The notes beneath the pieces are model-generated. The model searched no databases. It was not told the origin of the DNA and worked only from the letters and a program-made list of their open reading frames with translations. Below, one piece after another: positions 38,399 through 47,273 of a DNA stretch of 64,000 nucleotides. Every line of letters begins with the position of its first letter. Position 1 is the stretch's first letter. This DNA comes from Thermoplasmatota archaeon (GTDB lineage: Archaea > Thermoplasmatota > E2 > DHVEG-1): assembly GCA_025457885.1 (NCBI GenBank), contig JALOTN010000004.1, positions 10,875-74,874 on the forward strand, in the 5' to 3' direction. The position numbers and the translations under genes are program-made.

Positions 38399-38863
38399 TT
38401 AGAGCATCCGTTCAATGAGTGGGTTGATGGCGTCCTTTCGGTACCCCAGCGAGCCTTTATTCACAAACGATCGTTTCACGGTCCGATGACCTTTCCGTGG
38501 TGGGTTGAGTCGGAATACTGGTTTGATCTCAGGGATGTCCTTGTATTTTACTTTGTTCTCTAAAATCGCCTCACAGAGTTTTTCAAAACTATGATACGGG
38601 GCTGCCTTCTTGAGGTACTCCTCGGTGAGTGGTTTATCACCGATTAATCTGCCTCGTACCATTAAAAGTTTCGTCAATGTCTCTTTGTTAATCTCACCCC
38701 AGGTGGTGTAGTCTTTTATAATCTGGAGCATTCCTTTATGAACCGTGTTTTCCTCAAGAAGCACGCAGTGGTTCGCGCGGGTTAACCGCAGCAACTGCAT
38801 GGTTCTCTTAATATCAGGTTTTATGTTGACTGAGCCTCTTACTCGGATAACTGCATAGACCAT
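38399..38863 (-). CDS. rpl30: 50S ribosomal protein L30 (uL30)
   Basis: 154 aa. MVYAVIRVRGSVNIKPDIKRTMQLLRL matches archaeal uL30. Confidence 0.8.
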   Translation of the reverse strand: MVYAVIRVRGSVNIKPDIKRTMQLLRLTRANHCVLLEENTVHKGMLQIIKDYTTWGEINKETLTKLLMVRGRLIGDKPLTEEYLKKAAPYHSFEKLCEAILENKVKYKDIPEIKPVFRLNPPRKGHRTVKRSFVNKGSLGYRKDAINPLIERML

Positions 38864-38868
38864 GTTGT

Positions 38869-39621
38869 TTATCCCTCCGTTTTAACTGGGGCCGCTGGTT
38901 CTTCTTTTACAGGTACTCCAATGTTTCCTTGGACGATACCTAGTTTATTCATCTCACTTTCGGTGATCCTCATCTCTGCGTTCTTCTTTAACGCATCATA
39001 GACACCTTTTGCGTAGTTTACGACCGTCTTGGTTTTCCCCTCGGTGAACGCCCAGCAGTCACTTACGCCAGCAAGGCGGAGGATCTTCTTTGCGACATCA
39101 CCAGTGGCTAGTCCGATACCGCGAGGTGCGGGTTTGAAGGTGACTTCGACAGAACCGCTTTTCCCTGTCACCAGGAACGGGATCGTATGGGGTGTGCGAC
39201 ATCCGCATTCCCAGGAACCGCATCCTCGCCGGATCTGGATCATGTTCATCTTGGCATTCTCAATCGCTCGTTTAATGCTTAAGCCGACCTCTTTGCCTTT
39301 TGCTTGGCCAAGGCCGACAAAACCGTCTTTGTTACCGACAGCAACCGTGATGACGAACTTGACTCGCCTGCCGGAGTCAGTCATCCGCTGCACCATCTTT
39401 ACATCAATAACCTCATCCTCAACAGTTGGTAAGAGCAGATCAACAATCTCAGGTTCTCTCATGGGTAACCCGGATTTTAACGCATCACTCATGGTGGTGA
39501 TCTCACCGTTTTTCACCATTTTTCCCAGTCTGGTCTTTGGTGTCCAAATGACCGGGGCGGCGCCTTCGTCAAACTGTCTGCGTCGTCCTCGGGGTCCGCC
39601 ACGATCTCCTCGTCCTGCCAT
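38869..39621 (-). CDS. rps5: 30S ribosomal protein S5 (uS5)
   Basis: 250 aa. RG-rich N-terminus, then S5 dsRBD and C-terminal domain ([26 protein letters not shown]). Confidence 0.85.
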   Translation of the reverse strand: MAGRGDRGGPRGRRRQFDEGAAPVIWTPKTRLGKMVKNGEITTMSDALKSGLPMREPEIVDLLLPTVEDEVIDVKMVQRMTDSGRRVKFVITVAVGNKDGFVGLGQAKGKEVGLSIKRAIENAKMNMIQIRRGCGSWECGCRTPHTIPFLVTGKSGSVEVTFKPAPRGIGLATGDVAKKILRLAGVSDCWAFTEGKTKTVVNYAKGVYDALKKNAEMRITESEMNKLGIVQGNIGVPVKEEPAAPVKTEG

Positions 39622-39623
39622 AG

Positions 39624-40130
39624 TTATTTGCCTCCATTCATCCTTGTTCTGATATCACCAACGAGCGGTTTAATCTCCTTGTTCAGATGTGCTCCGTAAA
39701 TACGGTCCTCTTTAGGCAGCATTGCTTCATCATGGGGACAGTCGATCCCTGCGTCCAAGACGCCTTTCAATGATGCAAACAGGGTGCTACCGACCGTCGG
39801 GTGATACAGTCCGATGTCAAGCACTCCTTGTTCGATTCCTTTTTCCTTTGCTCGTTTGCCTGCAAGAAAACCAGTCAGATACGCTGCTGGTGTGTTTGAA
39901 ACAGAATATTTCCATCCATAGTCTTTCGCAAGCTCATTAGAGATAGCAGACACAATGATCCGGTCGCCCTGGGGGTTGTACTCCACGAACTGCACGCGAA
40001 TCGCCCGAAGCGATCGTCTGACGACGATTCGGGGTTTCTTGCTGCGCAGCAGTTTCAGTCGAAGCCGGTAATCGGTTTTCCGTTCCCGGTGTCTCCGTGG
40101 TTTGACATGGTATCGTGGTCCTGATTTCAT
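39624..40130 (-). CDS. rpl18: 50S ribosomal protein L18 (uL18)
   Basis: 168 aa. [26 protein letters not shown]... is typical of archaeal L18P. Confidence 0.85.
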   Translation of the reverse strand: MKSGPRYHVKPRRHRERKTDYRLRLKLLRSKKPRIVVRRSLRAIRVQFVEYNPQGDRIIVSAISNELAKDYGWKYSVSNTPAAYLTGFLAGKRAKEKGIEQGVLDIGLYHPTVGSTLFASLKGVLDAGIDCPHDEAMLPKEDRIYGAHLNKEIKPLVGDIRTRMNGGK

Positions 40131-40588
40131 TGGTTCTCCTCCTTAAGGATGTTATCGCTGAGTAAATGTGATTTCAGATGTTGTTTACTGCGGAAGACGC
40201 CTCCCTTTGCCTTCTTGTAATACTGGCGGTAGGTGTGTGCGTCAATCTTCTCGTTCTCTCGCAGTTCCTTCAAATACGTCCGGATGGGGCGAATGGTTCG
40301 GATCCATTGTTCCTTCTTTGGGAGCCGGGCATGCTTTGGTCCTTTCCGAGACCCCTGGCCGGTTCGTCGTCCTTTTTTGCGCTGATTCAGGACATACTTA
40401 TGTCGTCCCCGGGAGTTGCCTTGTTTCGGCTCACTTTTAATGGCACCACCATTGATGAGGATCATGATGTCATTCCGGGTGACTGCCTTAGCAATCTCCT
40501 CGAGTCTATCCGGGTCCATCCATACTTTTGTTCCACCGCATTTCAACATGGACGCAGCCATCCTGCGTTGATTCCGTAAGTCGGTCAT
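40127..40588 (-). CDS. rpl19e: 50S ribosomal protein L19e
   Basis: 153 aa. MTDLRNQRRMAASMLKCGGTKVWMDP is the L19e signature N-terminus. Confidence 0.85.
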   Translation of the reverse strand: MTDLRNQRRMAASMLKCGGTKVWMDPDRLEEIAKAVTRNDIMILINGGAIKSEPKQGNSRGRHKYVLNQRKKGRRTGQGSRKGPKHARLPKKEQWIRTIRPIRTYLKELRENEKIDAHTYRQYYKKAKGGVFRSKQHLKSHLLSDNILKEENQ

Positions 40589-41293
40589 TTAAGATTCCCC
40601 CATGTTCAAGACTCTGATAGCAAGCTCATCGGCTCGTTTCGCGATATCCAAGCGTTTCTTCGTCCCAACCGTACCACCGATGCGTACCGCTTGTTTCTTC
40701 GGGTCAATGGTGTCTAGCTCCTTGACGGTATGAACCATGACTTCCTCGAAACCAGATGCATGGAGCCCGCGGACGATTTTTGGTGCACGGAACCCTACCC
40801 GCACCTTGCTTGGTCGATACTTCAAATTGATCCGTAATTTTGAGGTATATCCAGTCGGGCGTCGCCAGTTCTTCGGGATCCTTTTATACCGGAACCCCTC
40901 GTCCCGTAGGAAATGCGGGGTGCGTTTCTTGATTTGCCGGCGGATCACCAGCTGCTCCTTCTGCTGCTCGTTTAACTGTGGTTTTATCTTCGGATGATAT
41001 GCCCCTTTCTGCTGCTCGACGATCTCCACTGCTTCTTCTTTCTTCTCTGGTTGTTCTGCTTGTTCTTTCTTCTCATCGGTTTTCTTCACTGGTTTTTCTT
41101 TTTTGACTTTGAGTTGATCAATGATTTCCTTCGCATTTTTCTCTGAGACTCCTTTCAGCTTCGTCAGATCCTTTATCTTTGCTTTTTTCAGTTTCTCAAG
41201 GGAATCATACCCGTTGTCATAGAGGAGTTTTGCTTTTGCTTTACCCACACCTTTTAACGCTTCAAACTCCTTTAACACTGCTTCTTTTGTCAT
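40589..41293 (-). CDS. rpl32e: 50S ribosomal protein L32e with N-terminal HhH extension
   Basis: 234 aa. C-terminal ~130 aa are L32e (RRQIKKRTPHFLRDEGFRYKRIPKNWRRPTG...). The N-terminal ~95 aa contain an HhH-like module (LKGVGKAKAKLLYDNGYDSLEKL...LKGVSEKNAKEII) plus a KE-rich linker. Confidence 0.8.
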   Translation of the reverse strand: MTKEAVLKEFEALKGVGKAKAKLLYDNGYDSLEKLKKAKIKDLTKLKGVSEKNAKEIIDQLKVKKEKPVKKTDEKKEQAEQPEKKEEAVEIVEQQKGAYHPKIKPQLNEQQKEQLVIRRQIKKRTPHFLRDEGFRYKRIPKNWRRPTGYTSKLRINLKYRPSKVRVGFRAPKIVRGLHASGFEEVMVHTVKELDTIDPKKQAVRIGGTVGTKKRLDIAKRADELAIRVLNMGES

Positions 41294-41296
41294 GGT

Positions 41297-41845
41297 TTAG
41301 CCTCTTTTCACAATGTAGATACCGTCTTGGAACACCCGGATATCACGATTTTTCACTTTCGTTGCTCGTTCGATATTCGCAGCGGTCTGTCCAACTTTTT
41401 CCTTATCAATTGCGGTAAGGATGATGCTTTCCCCTTTGATGTCCACTTTGACGTTCTCCAGGATCTCTGCGCGGCGTGCGAACCGCTCCCCTAGGAAGTT
41501 CTGGATGAGCAGCTGGTTGCCTTCCACGCTGGTCTTAATCGGGAAATGAGAAAACACGGTTTTCATCTTACATTCATAGCCTTGACTGACTCCTTTGATC
41601 ATGTTTCGGATATGGGCTTTGAAGGTACCGATCAACGCTTTTTCTCTCCGGCGAGGAGATTGAGCACAGATGATCTGAACGACATTCCCTGAAACAGACA
41701 CCTGGATCTTCGGATGGGACAGGACCTTTGCTAGAGCACCTTTCTGTCCTTTCACATGAATGGTTTTCCCTTCAACGGTGATCTGGACACCATCTGGGAT
41801 TTTTATTTCTTCTTTAATCGTGGCTTTCTTTTCCATGTGTCTCAC
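41297..41845 (-). CDS. rpl6: 50S ribosomal protein L6 (uL6)
   Basis: 182 aa, two-domain L6 pattern, placed between S8 and L32e. Confidence 0.85.
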   Translation of the reverse strand: MRHMEKKATIKEEIKIPDGVQITVEGKTIHVKGQKGALAKVLSHPKIQVSVSGNVVQIICAQSPRRREKALIGTFKAHIRNMIKGVSQGYECKMKTVFSHFPIKTSVEGNQLLIQNFLGERFARRAEILENVKVDIKGESIILTAIDKEKVGQTAANIERATKVKNRDIRVFQDGIYIVKRG

Positions 41846-41848
41846 TCT

Positions 41849-42250
41849 TTAGTAAACATACGCGAGGAGTTTTCCTCCGATGCCTTTCTTTCGTGCCTCG
41901 TCATGACCGATGATGCCCTCGGTGGTGGTAAGGATGAGTAACCCGAAGTCACGCGCGGGGAGATACCGAGCCTCCCATTTATCCATCTCATCGACCTTGA
42001 TGGGGTAGCGTGGTTTGATAACACCGCAGTTATTGATACTTCCGAGGAGTTCTATTTGATAGATACCTGCTTTTCCATCCTCCACAAACTCGAAGTTCCC
42101 AAGATACCCTTTCTCCTTAAGCAGGGTCAAGACCCCGCCGATGAGCTTTGAGGAGGGTCGGATACTGCATTTATGTATCCCTCGGATTTCTGCGTTTCTG
42201 ATGATTGATAATGCATCTGCCAATGGATCGTTTAACATAATCTTCAACAA
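41849..42250 (-). CDS. rps8: 30S ribosomal protein S8 (uS8)
   Basis: 133 aa. NDPLADALSIIRNAE is the S8 N-terminal signature. Confidence 0.85.
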   Translation of the reverse strand: MLKIMLNDPLADALSIIRNAEIRGIHKCSIRPSSKLIGGVLTLLKEKGYLGNFEFVEDGKAGIYQIELLGSINNCGVIKPRYPIKVDEMDKWEARYLPARDFGLLILTTTEGIIGHDEARKKGIGGKLLAYVY

Positions 42251-42253
42251 CCT

Positions 42254-42409
42254 CTAATCGTATTTTTTAAACCCCATTTCTTCTGCGCGGTCACGGAAAC
42301 ACTGTCTGCAGAGATGAAGTCCATAGCGTCGGATAATTCCACGTTTTCTACCACATTGCTCACATCCGATTTTCCTGCCGTATATTTTCTTTCTCTCCTT
42401 GATCCTCAT
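42254..42409 (-). CDS. rps14: 30S ribosomal protein S14 (uS14, zinc type)
   Basis: Not in the supplied ORF track. I translated it by hand from the minus strand: [51 protein letters not shown] (51 aa). It has the CxxC...CxxC zinc motif. Its ATG overlaps the L5 stop (ATGA). Confidence 0.8.
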   Translation of the reverse strand: MRIKERKKIYGRKIGCEQCGRKRGIIRRYGLHLCRQCFRDRAEEMGFKKYD

Positions 42410-42996
42410 TCTACGACCTCGACGTTAAATTTTTCTGCGATAAACTTCATGGTTTCTTCTCTGCTTAACTCATGGCGATGTGGTATTTTCCGTCGGTCGA
42501 TCCGACGATTTTTTATCCGATACCCGGGATTTTCGACCGTTACACAGATATCCATGCCGAAGATACCGACGTTCGGGTCGTATTTCTGACCCTCGAAAAG
42601 GGTATGGTCTGGTACCCCGAATGAAAAATTCCCTTGATTGTCAAATGAGTACTCTGAGATTTTATTTTCCCGGATCTTTAAGGCACTCATCAGGAATGTC
42701 TCTGCTGCTTTCTTTCGCAGGGTGACTTTACAACCGATAGGCATAAATTTACGTAAACCCCAGTCTTTATTGGTTGTTTTTGAGAGTGTTTGTATAGGTT
42801 TTTGTTTGGTGACTCCTTCTAAGACCGATTCTGCTTTCTTGAGCTTTTCTCCTGCTTCCCCGACTCCGATGTTCACCGTGACTTTTGCGACATGTGGTTT
42901 CAAAGGGCTCTCCTTTGTTTTTTTCTTAGTGGTAGATTTTTTTGAATGCGCCGTTGTTTTATGGGTTTTCGTGGTGGTTGTCTTTTTTGGGCTCAT
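42406..42996 (-). CDS. rpl5: 50S ribosomal protein L5 (uL5) with N-terminal K/T-rich extension
   Basis: 196 aa. The conserved L5 core starts at [14 protein letters not shown] and is preceded by a ~35-aa Lys/Thr-rich segment. The start overlaps the S4e stop by 4 bp. Confidence 0.8.
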   Translation of the reverse strand: MSPKKTTTTKTHKTTAHSKKSTTKKKTKESPLKPHVAKVTVNIGVGEAGEKLKKAESVLEGVTKQKPIQTLSKTTNKDWGLRKFMPIGCKVTLRKKAAETFLMSALKIRENKISEYSFDNQGNFSFGVPDHTLFEGQKYDPNVGIFGMDICVTVENPGYRIKNRRIDRRKIPHRHELSREETMKFIAEKFNVEVVE

Positions 42997-43709
42997 TGCA
43001 TTTTCACCTCAGGAAGTGTGATTGCTGGTTTGGTCTTCCCTATGGGAAACACATGCTGTGCAATCGTTGAAAATTCTTTTTCTCCTTTCAGATTCACGAG
43101 ATTTGGTTTTGAGGATGCAACCATATGAATCTCTTCGATACTAGCGATTTCCCCGATATGGCTCCCGCCGATGATCATGGAGACGGTTCCTTTATCAAAT
43201 TTATAGACCTCGTCGATCTTCTTTTCCTTAAATCCGATTTTCAGGACATCCCCTGTCTTATATTCGTCTTTTTCCACCAGCTTGTTCTTTCCGTCATGCA
43301 GGTTCAACTGTACTTTTTTTCCTTTTATTATCGTCTTATTCTGTATGCGGCAGAGTTTCCATTCTGCATCGCTTTCCGAGATGGGGGTGAGGGTAAGCTT
43401 TCCGTTTCTGTCATAAAGTATTCGAAGGTTCTTTCGCATCTTTGGTATCGAAACAACATCCATGAAGCCGCAAGGGAATTTGAAGTTCTTCCGTTTCATT
43501 CCGTCGACGAGGATGTCTCCATTCGAAACGATTTTTCGCGCTTCTTTATAGGTGTCGCACAACCCAAGATAATCACGGACAAGGAGTCCTAAGGGGATTG
43601 ATTGTGCTAAAGGATGGGGCCCTGGTGCTGCACGGATTGTTAACGCGCGTTCTTTTCGATGGATGCGCAGTACTCGAGGTGCTGCAAGTCTTTTCAGGTG
43701 TTTGCTCAT
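42993..43709 (-). CDS. rps4e: 30S ribosomal protein S4e
   Basis: 238 aa. MSKHLKRLAAPR...LTIRAAPGPH is the S4e N-terminus. Confidence 0.85.
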   Translation of the reverse strand: MSKHLKRLAAPRVLRIHRKERALTIRAAPGPHPLAQSIPLGLLVRDYLGLCDTYKEARKIVSNGDILVDGMKRKNFKFPCGFMDVVSIPKMRKNLRILYDRNGKLTLTPISESDAEWKLCRIQNKTIIKGKKVQLNLHDGKNKLVEKDEYKTGDVLKIGFKEKKIDEVYKFDKGTVSMIIGGSHIGEIASIEEIHMVASSKPNLVNLKGEKEFSTIAQHVFPIGKTKPAITLPEVKMQ

Positions 43710-44395
43710 GGTTCACCTTCTTCTTTCTTTTTTGTTGTTTTTTTAGAGGGAGATTTTTTTGTTGCTGGTTTCTTTTTCGGCGGCTCAGCATCGGCTTTTT
43801 CTGTTTTCTCTTCTGGTTTTTCTTCTTCGGCTTCTACCTTAATGGTCTCTGCAGTTTTTTCTGTTATTATTTCTTCTTTCGGCGGCTCAGGGGTTTCTTC
43901 TTTTTGTTTTTCCTCAGCTGCTTTTACTGCTTCTTCTGCCTTCGCTGCTTCTTCTGCAGCCTTCTTTTCAGCCTCAAGGTTCTTGAGTTGCTCTTCTGCT
44001 TCTTTTTCAATTTCTTTCTTTGCAGTCTCTGAAAGTCCTTTTTCTAGCTTGCGTCGTCGCCATTTATCTGTGACGTTTAATTTTGTGATAAGTAAGGTAC
44101 TGGCATGGATTGGTTTTGCTATCTTTGTTCCTTTCGCAGTGGTGATGGTGACACCTTCTATTTCTATCGTTTGATCTCGTACGTTGACTTTCGAGATTTT
44201 ATCCTCATGCCCCCGATAGTTTCCACGCATGATTTTTACGGTATCTCCTTTCACAACAGGGATGCTTCGTCTATCGTATTTTAATAGGAGGTTTTCTGCA
44301 AGATGTGACGAAATCCATTTCCTCTTTTTATGTAAAGGTGCATTATGGAGATTGTAGCGTTGCTTTCTTGGTTTTGTTGATGTCATATCACTCAC
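43706..44395 (-). CDS. rpl24: 50S ribosomal protein L24 (uL24) with ~110-aa K/E/A-rich C-terminal tail
   Basis: 229 aa. N-terminal ~115 aa are the KOW-containing L24 (VKGDTVKIMRGNYRGHEDKISKV). The remainder is a low-complexity charged tail (EAEEQLKNLEAEKKAAEEAAKAEEAVKAAEEKQKEE...). Confidence 0.8.
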   Translation of the reverse strand: MSDMTSTKPRKQRYNLHNAPLHKKRKWISSHLAENLLLKYDRRSIPVVKGDTVKIMRGNYRGHEDKISKVNVRDQTIEIEGVTITTAKGTKIAKPIHASTLLITKLNVTDKWRRRKLEKGLSETAKKEIEKEAEEQLKNLEAEKKAAEEAAKAEEAVKAAEEKQKEETPEPPKEEIITEKTAETIKVEAEEEKPEEKTEKADAEPPKKKPATKKSPSKKTTKKKEEGEP

Positions 44396-44396
44396 T

Positions 44397-44795
44397 TTAC
44401 AGGATTGTTGCTGCTAATGCAGCGATCTTTGGCCATCGTTCTGCCGCTTCAATGGCGACCGGGCCTTTGATCATTGTTCCTTTCGTTTCTCCGGTATCTG
44501 TTATTAACACGGCAGCGTTATCTTCGAATTGGACCATGAGGCCATCTGGGCGTCGGAATGGACGTCTCTGACGGACAATTACCGCTTTTAAGATCTGCCG
44601 TCTCATCTCTGTTGCCCCTTTTTTTACGCTGACAATTACTAAATCACCGACGCCAGCGGTAGGGGTTCGACGATGTACTCCTTTAATCTTAACGGTCATA
44701 ATAATTTGTACGACTTTTGCACCGGTGTTATCGATACATGTTAGACGGGCGCCAACCGGCAGCCCTCGCATTACTCTACCCGCTATTCCTTTCAT
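44397..44795 (-). CDS. rpl14: 50S ribosomal protein L14 (uL14)
   Basis: 132 aa, highly conserved uL14 sequence (LTCIDNTGAKVVQII..., RQRRPFRRPDG). Confidence 0.9.
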   Translation of the reverse strand: MKGIAGRVMRGLPVGARLTCIDNTGAKVVQIIMTVKIKGVHRRTPTAGVGDLVIVSVKKGATEMRRQILKAVIVRQRRPFRRPDGLMVQFEDNAAVLITDTGETKGTMIKGPVAIEAAERWPKIAALAATIL

Positions 44796-44810
44796 GTCTT
44801 TTCACCAATC

Positions 44811-45155
44811 TCACATTTTTTCTATTGCGACGAATGAAACTGTTTTGCTTAAGGGTCGACATTCTGCAATTCGAACGGTGTCACCTGCTGTAAGATGCAT
44901 ACAAGGCGGACAGTGAGCATGATACGTTGAGGTCCGTTTCTCGTACCGCTCATATTTCTTGACATAATGCATGAATTCTCGTTTGACGGAGACGGTGTTT
45001 TGCCTTTTGGTTGATACCACCGTTCCCATGAGAACTTGTCCTCGTACAGGTAATGTCCCATGAAATGGGCAGTACGTATCGGTACAGCTATCGCTCGGTG
45101 GTTTGACATTTAACCCTATGTCTCGTGCTTGTTTTTTTTCTGCCAATGTGTTCAC
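44811..45155 (-). CDS. rps17: 30S ribosomal protein S17 (uS17)
   Basis: 114 aa. [33 protein letters not shown] matches the archaeal uS17 OB fold. Confidence 0.85.
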   Translation of the reverse strand: MNTLAEKKQARDIGLNVKPPSDSCTDTYCPFHGTLPVRGQVLMGTVVSTKRQNTVSVKREFMHYVKKYERYEKRTSTYHAHCPPCMHLTAGDTVRIAECRPLSKTVSFVAIEKM

Positions 45156-45430
45156 CTTGTTTTTTTTATCCTATCTTCTGGTCGATACACCAATCGTGAT
45201 CCGTTCACGATGGTTTTTTTTCCATGGTACTCAAACGCAAATGTCGCGGTTTTCTTCGCGATCCGTTTGTGTTTGTTACCGATTTGTATGAGGAAGGTCT
45301 GTTGTGTCTCATCGATGATGAGACCGGTTTGATGGACCCATGCTGGGTCGGTGCATTCGATGATGCTGACGGTTCTGCCGATGAGTTCATCGCTGATGAT
45401 CGGCTCTTGTTCCATAGCTGGACCTTCCAT
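45152..45430 (-). CDS. rnp1: RNase P protein component 1 (Rpp29/Pop4)
   Basis: 92 aa. [34 protein letters not shown] is the Rpp29 Sm-like core. It sits at the canonical position between L29/SUI1 and S17. Confidence 0.7.
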   Translation of the reverse strand: MEGPAMEQEPIISDELIGRTVSIIECTDPAWVHQTGLIIDETQQTFLIQIGNKHKRIAKKTATFAFEYHGKKTIVNGSRLVYRPEDRIKKTR

Positions 45431-45456
45431 GGCGCTCTTGGCGTCTGATCAGCTGG

Positions 45457-45756
45457 TTAGATGACGTCAACAGTGAATCCGAGTTTTTCCAATGCTTCTT
45501 TTACCCGTGTTCGATGGTCTCCCTGGAGTTCAATCCTGCCTTCCTTGATGGTTCCGCCGCAGGCGCAGATCGATTTGAGGTTGCTTACCAAGGCGTTCAT
45601 ATCCAGGTCATGGGGGTTCAGACCGTCGACGACGGTCATCGTCTTCCCATATCGTCTCTTGTCGACCGCGATCGTGATGCTTTGTTGTTCACGCGCTATC
45701 TCTTCACAGACACAGATTTCTTTTGGGAGGCCACATTTTGGGCATATATCACTCAT
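45457..45756 (-). CDS. Translation initiation factor aSUI1 (eIF1 homolog) with N-terminal zinc ribbon
   Basis: 99 aa. N-terminal CPKCGLPKEICVC, then the SUI1 domain (ITIAVDKRRYGKTMTVVDGL...ICACGGTIKEGRIELQGDHRTRVKEALEKLGF). Confidence 0.75.
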   Translation of the reverse strand: MSDICPKCGLPKEICVCEEIAREQQSITIAVDKRRYGKTMTVVDGLNPHDLDMNALVSNLKSICACGGTIKEGRIELQGDHRTRVKEALEKLGFTVDVI

Positions 45757-45956
45757 TTGTGTTCTCCTTCCTCCTGCATGATTGTCAGAATCCGTGCGAT
45801 GGATTGACGCAATTGCCGGATTTTCCCTGGGGAGGGTGATGATCCCCCCATGGCAGAGATGCCACGTTCATGCATGAGTTCTTCTTTTAACTCTTTGAGT
45901 TTTTCATTCTGTTCTTCAGGAGTCATCTGTTTTATTTCTTTAACTTTGAGAGCCAT
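45753..45956 (-). CDS. rpl29: 50S ribosomal protein L29 (uL29)
   Basis: 67 aa. MALKVKEIKQMTPEEQNEKLKELKEELMHER is the typical L29 helix-rich sequence. Confidence 0.75.
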   Translation of the reverse strand: MALKVKEIKQMTPEEQNEKLKELKEELMHERGISAMGGSSPSPGKIRQLRQSIARILTIMQEEGEHK

Positions 45957-46821
45957 TTTCAGTACCCTCTTCTAACAATTTTCGTATGTTTTTTACTATT
46001 AACTCGGCGGTTTTGTTGCCGATGCCATCGATTGCGATGAGGTCATCGAGATTCATCGTGTACAGCTCCTCAAGGGAGGTGATTTTTGCTTTCTCAAGTT
46101 TTTTTACAACCGAGGGACCAATGCCCGGGACGTCTGTGATTTTCTTGATGTCTGTTTTTTTCTCAAGTTTCACCTCGGGTTGTTTTATCTCCACTTTGGG
46201 TTCTGGTTTTGCTTCTTCTTTTACCGCGAGTTTATAGGTAATCTCATCAGGGAGTTTTGCATCTGGTTTCATGATTCTGACTTTCACGCCAAGCACGCCG
46301 GGTTTGAGTTTCGCGGTCGCATAGCCAATGTCCATGACTTCTTTTGCGGTCTCACCGCAGTATTTCACATGCCCTTCGGTGAATTTCTCTGTCCGGTGTC
46401 GTTCTCCGGTGAGTTTTCCAGCGAGGATCACCTGGCAGCCTTTTGCTCCTGCTTGCATGATTCGTCGGACGGTTGAGTGTCCTGCTCGTCTGAAATGCCA
46501 TCCTCGTTCGAGGGCTTCCGCAAGTTTCTCTGCCATGATCTGTGCGTTCAATGATGCACTTGAGCCTGCTTCCTGAATCTCAATCTGAGGGTTGTCAACG
46601 TTGAATTTCGTGCGAATGGAATCGGTCAGTTCCTTGATCTTCGAACCGCTTTTACCGATGACCATACCGGGTCGTTCGACGAGGATGTTGACTCGGGTTC
46701 CGATGGGGGTTCGTTGGATATTCATCCCACCAAAACCAGCTCCTTCGATTTCTTTTACCAGGAACTTTTTTATTAACGATCGTTTGGCGTTTTCTCTGAT
46801 AAACTTGCGTTCATTAGCCAT
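45940..46821 (-). CDS. rps3: 30S ribosomal protein S3 (uS3) with C-terminal HhH extension
   Basis: 293 aa. N-terminal KH and S3-C domains (MANERKFIREN..., PGMVIGKSGSKIKEL), then a ~90-aa C-terminal extension with HhH (DVPGIGPSVVKKLEKAKITSLEEL...IDGIGNKTAELIVKNI). Confidence 0.85.
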   Translation of the reverse strand: MANERKFIRENAKRSLIKKFLVKEIEGAGFGGMNIQRTPIGTRVNILVERPGMVIGKSGSKIKELTDSIRTKFNVDNPQIEIQEAGSSASLNAQIMAEKLAEALERGWHFRRAGHSTVRRIMQAGAKGCQVILAGKLTGERHRTEKFTEGHVKYCGETAKEVMDIGYATAKLKPGVLGVKVRIMKPDAKLPDEITYKLAVKEEAKPEPKVEIKQPEVKLEKKTDIKKITDVPGIGPSVVKKLEKAKITSLEELYTMNLDDLIAIDGIGNKTAELIVKNIRKLLEEGTENGSQS

Positions 46822-47267
46822 TATTCTACCTCTTCAAGAATGATTTCAACATCGGTGGTCGTTTCGTTTTTATCGGTGGCTCTTCCGTGTGCTCGTGGCA
46901 TGATACCTCGGATGATTCTACCTTGATAGGCGGAGATGTGGGTGATTTTCATTTTATCAACATCAAATCCTTTGTACTCAGCGTTGTTCTCTGCGTTTTC
47001 GACGACTTTGAGCATGTAGCGTGCGGCTTTTTCCGGGAAGCTGCCTGGTCCGATCCCTTTCTGATGTAGGCGTTTCTTCTTATGATAGATCGCAGGAAGC
47101 GGTCGTTTCAGGGCGATGATTTCCTCCAGATACTTCTTAGCATCCTCGATGGTTTTTCCTCGTAACGCATGGGCAAGGTTCATCGAGTCTTTTTGGGAAC
47201 AGTGGAGTTCGTATCCGTAGGCTCGTGCGCTTTTTTCCGGGTCTTTCTCAGCTGAGTATTTAGGCAT
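46821..47267 (-). CDS. rpl22: 50S ribosomal protein L22 (uL22)
   Basis: 148 aa. ARAYGYELHCSQKDSMNLAHALRGKTIEDAKKYL is typical of uL22. Confidence 0.85.
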   Translation of the reverse strand: MPKYSAEKDPEKSARAYGYELHCSQKDSMNLAHALRGKTIEDAKKYLEEIIALKRPLPAIYHKKKRLHQKGIGPGSFPEKAARYMLKVVENAENNAEYKGFDVDKMKITHISAYQGRIIRGIMPRAHGRATDKNETTTDVEIILEEVE

Positions 47268-47273
47268 GGCTCA

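Noticed and set aside
42406-42996. Possibility that the L5 N-terminal K/T-rich extension is an artefact of choosing the longest ORF
   Set aside because: Not fully rejected. The ATG overlaps the S4e stop codon (ATGA), a typical translational-coupling arrangement in this operon, which also holds for S14/L5, L18/L19e and L23/L4. I therefore kept the long form at slightly reduced confidence.
43573-44174. Phe/Cys/Leu-rich ORFs on the + strand opposite the rps4e/rpl24 genes, and similar ORFs (58687-60894) opposite the KE-rich repeat gene
   Set aside because: They are the antisense reading of purine-rich Lys/Glu codon runs (AAG/GAA -> CTT/TTC), a composition artefact rather than genes.
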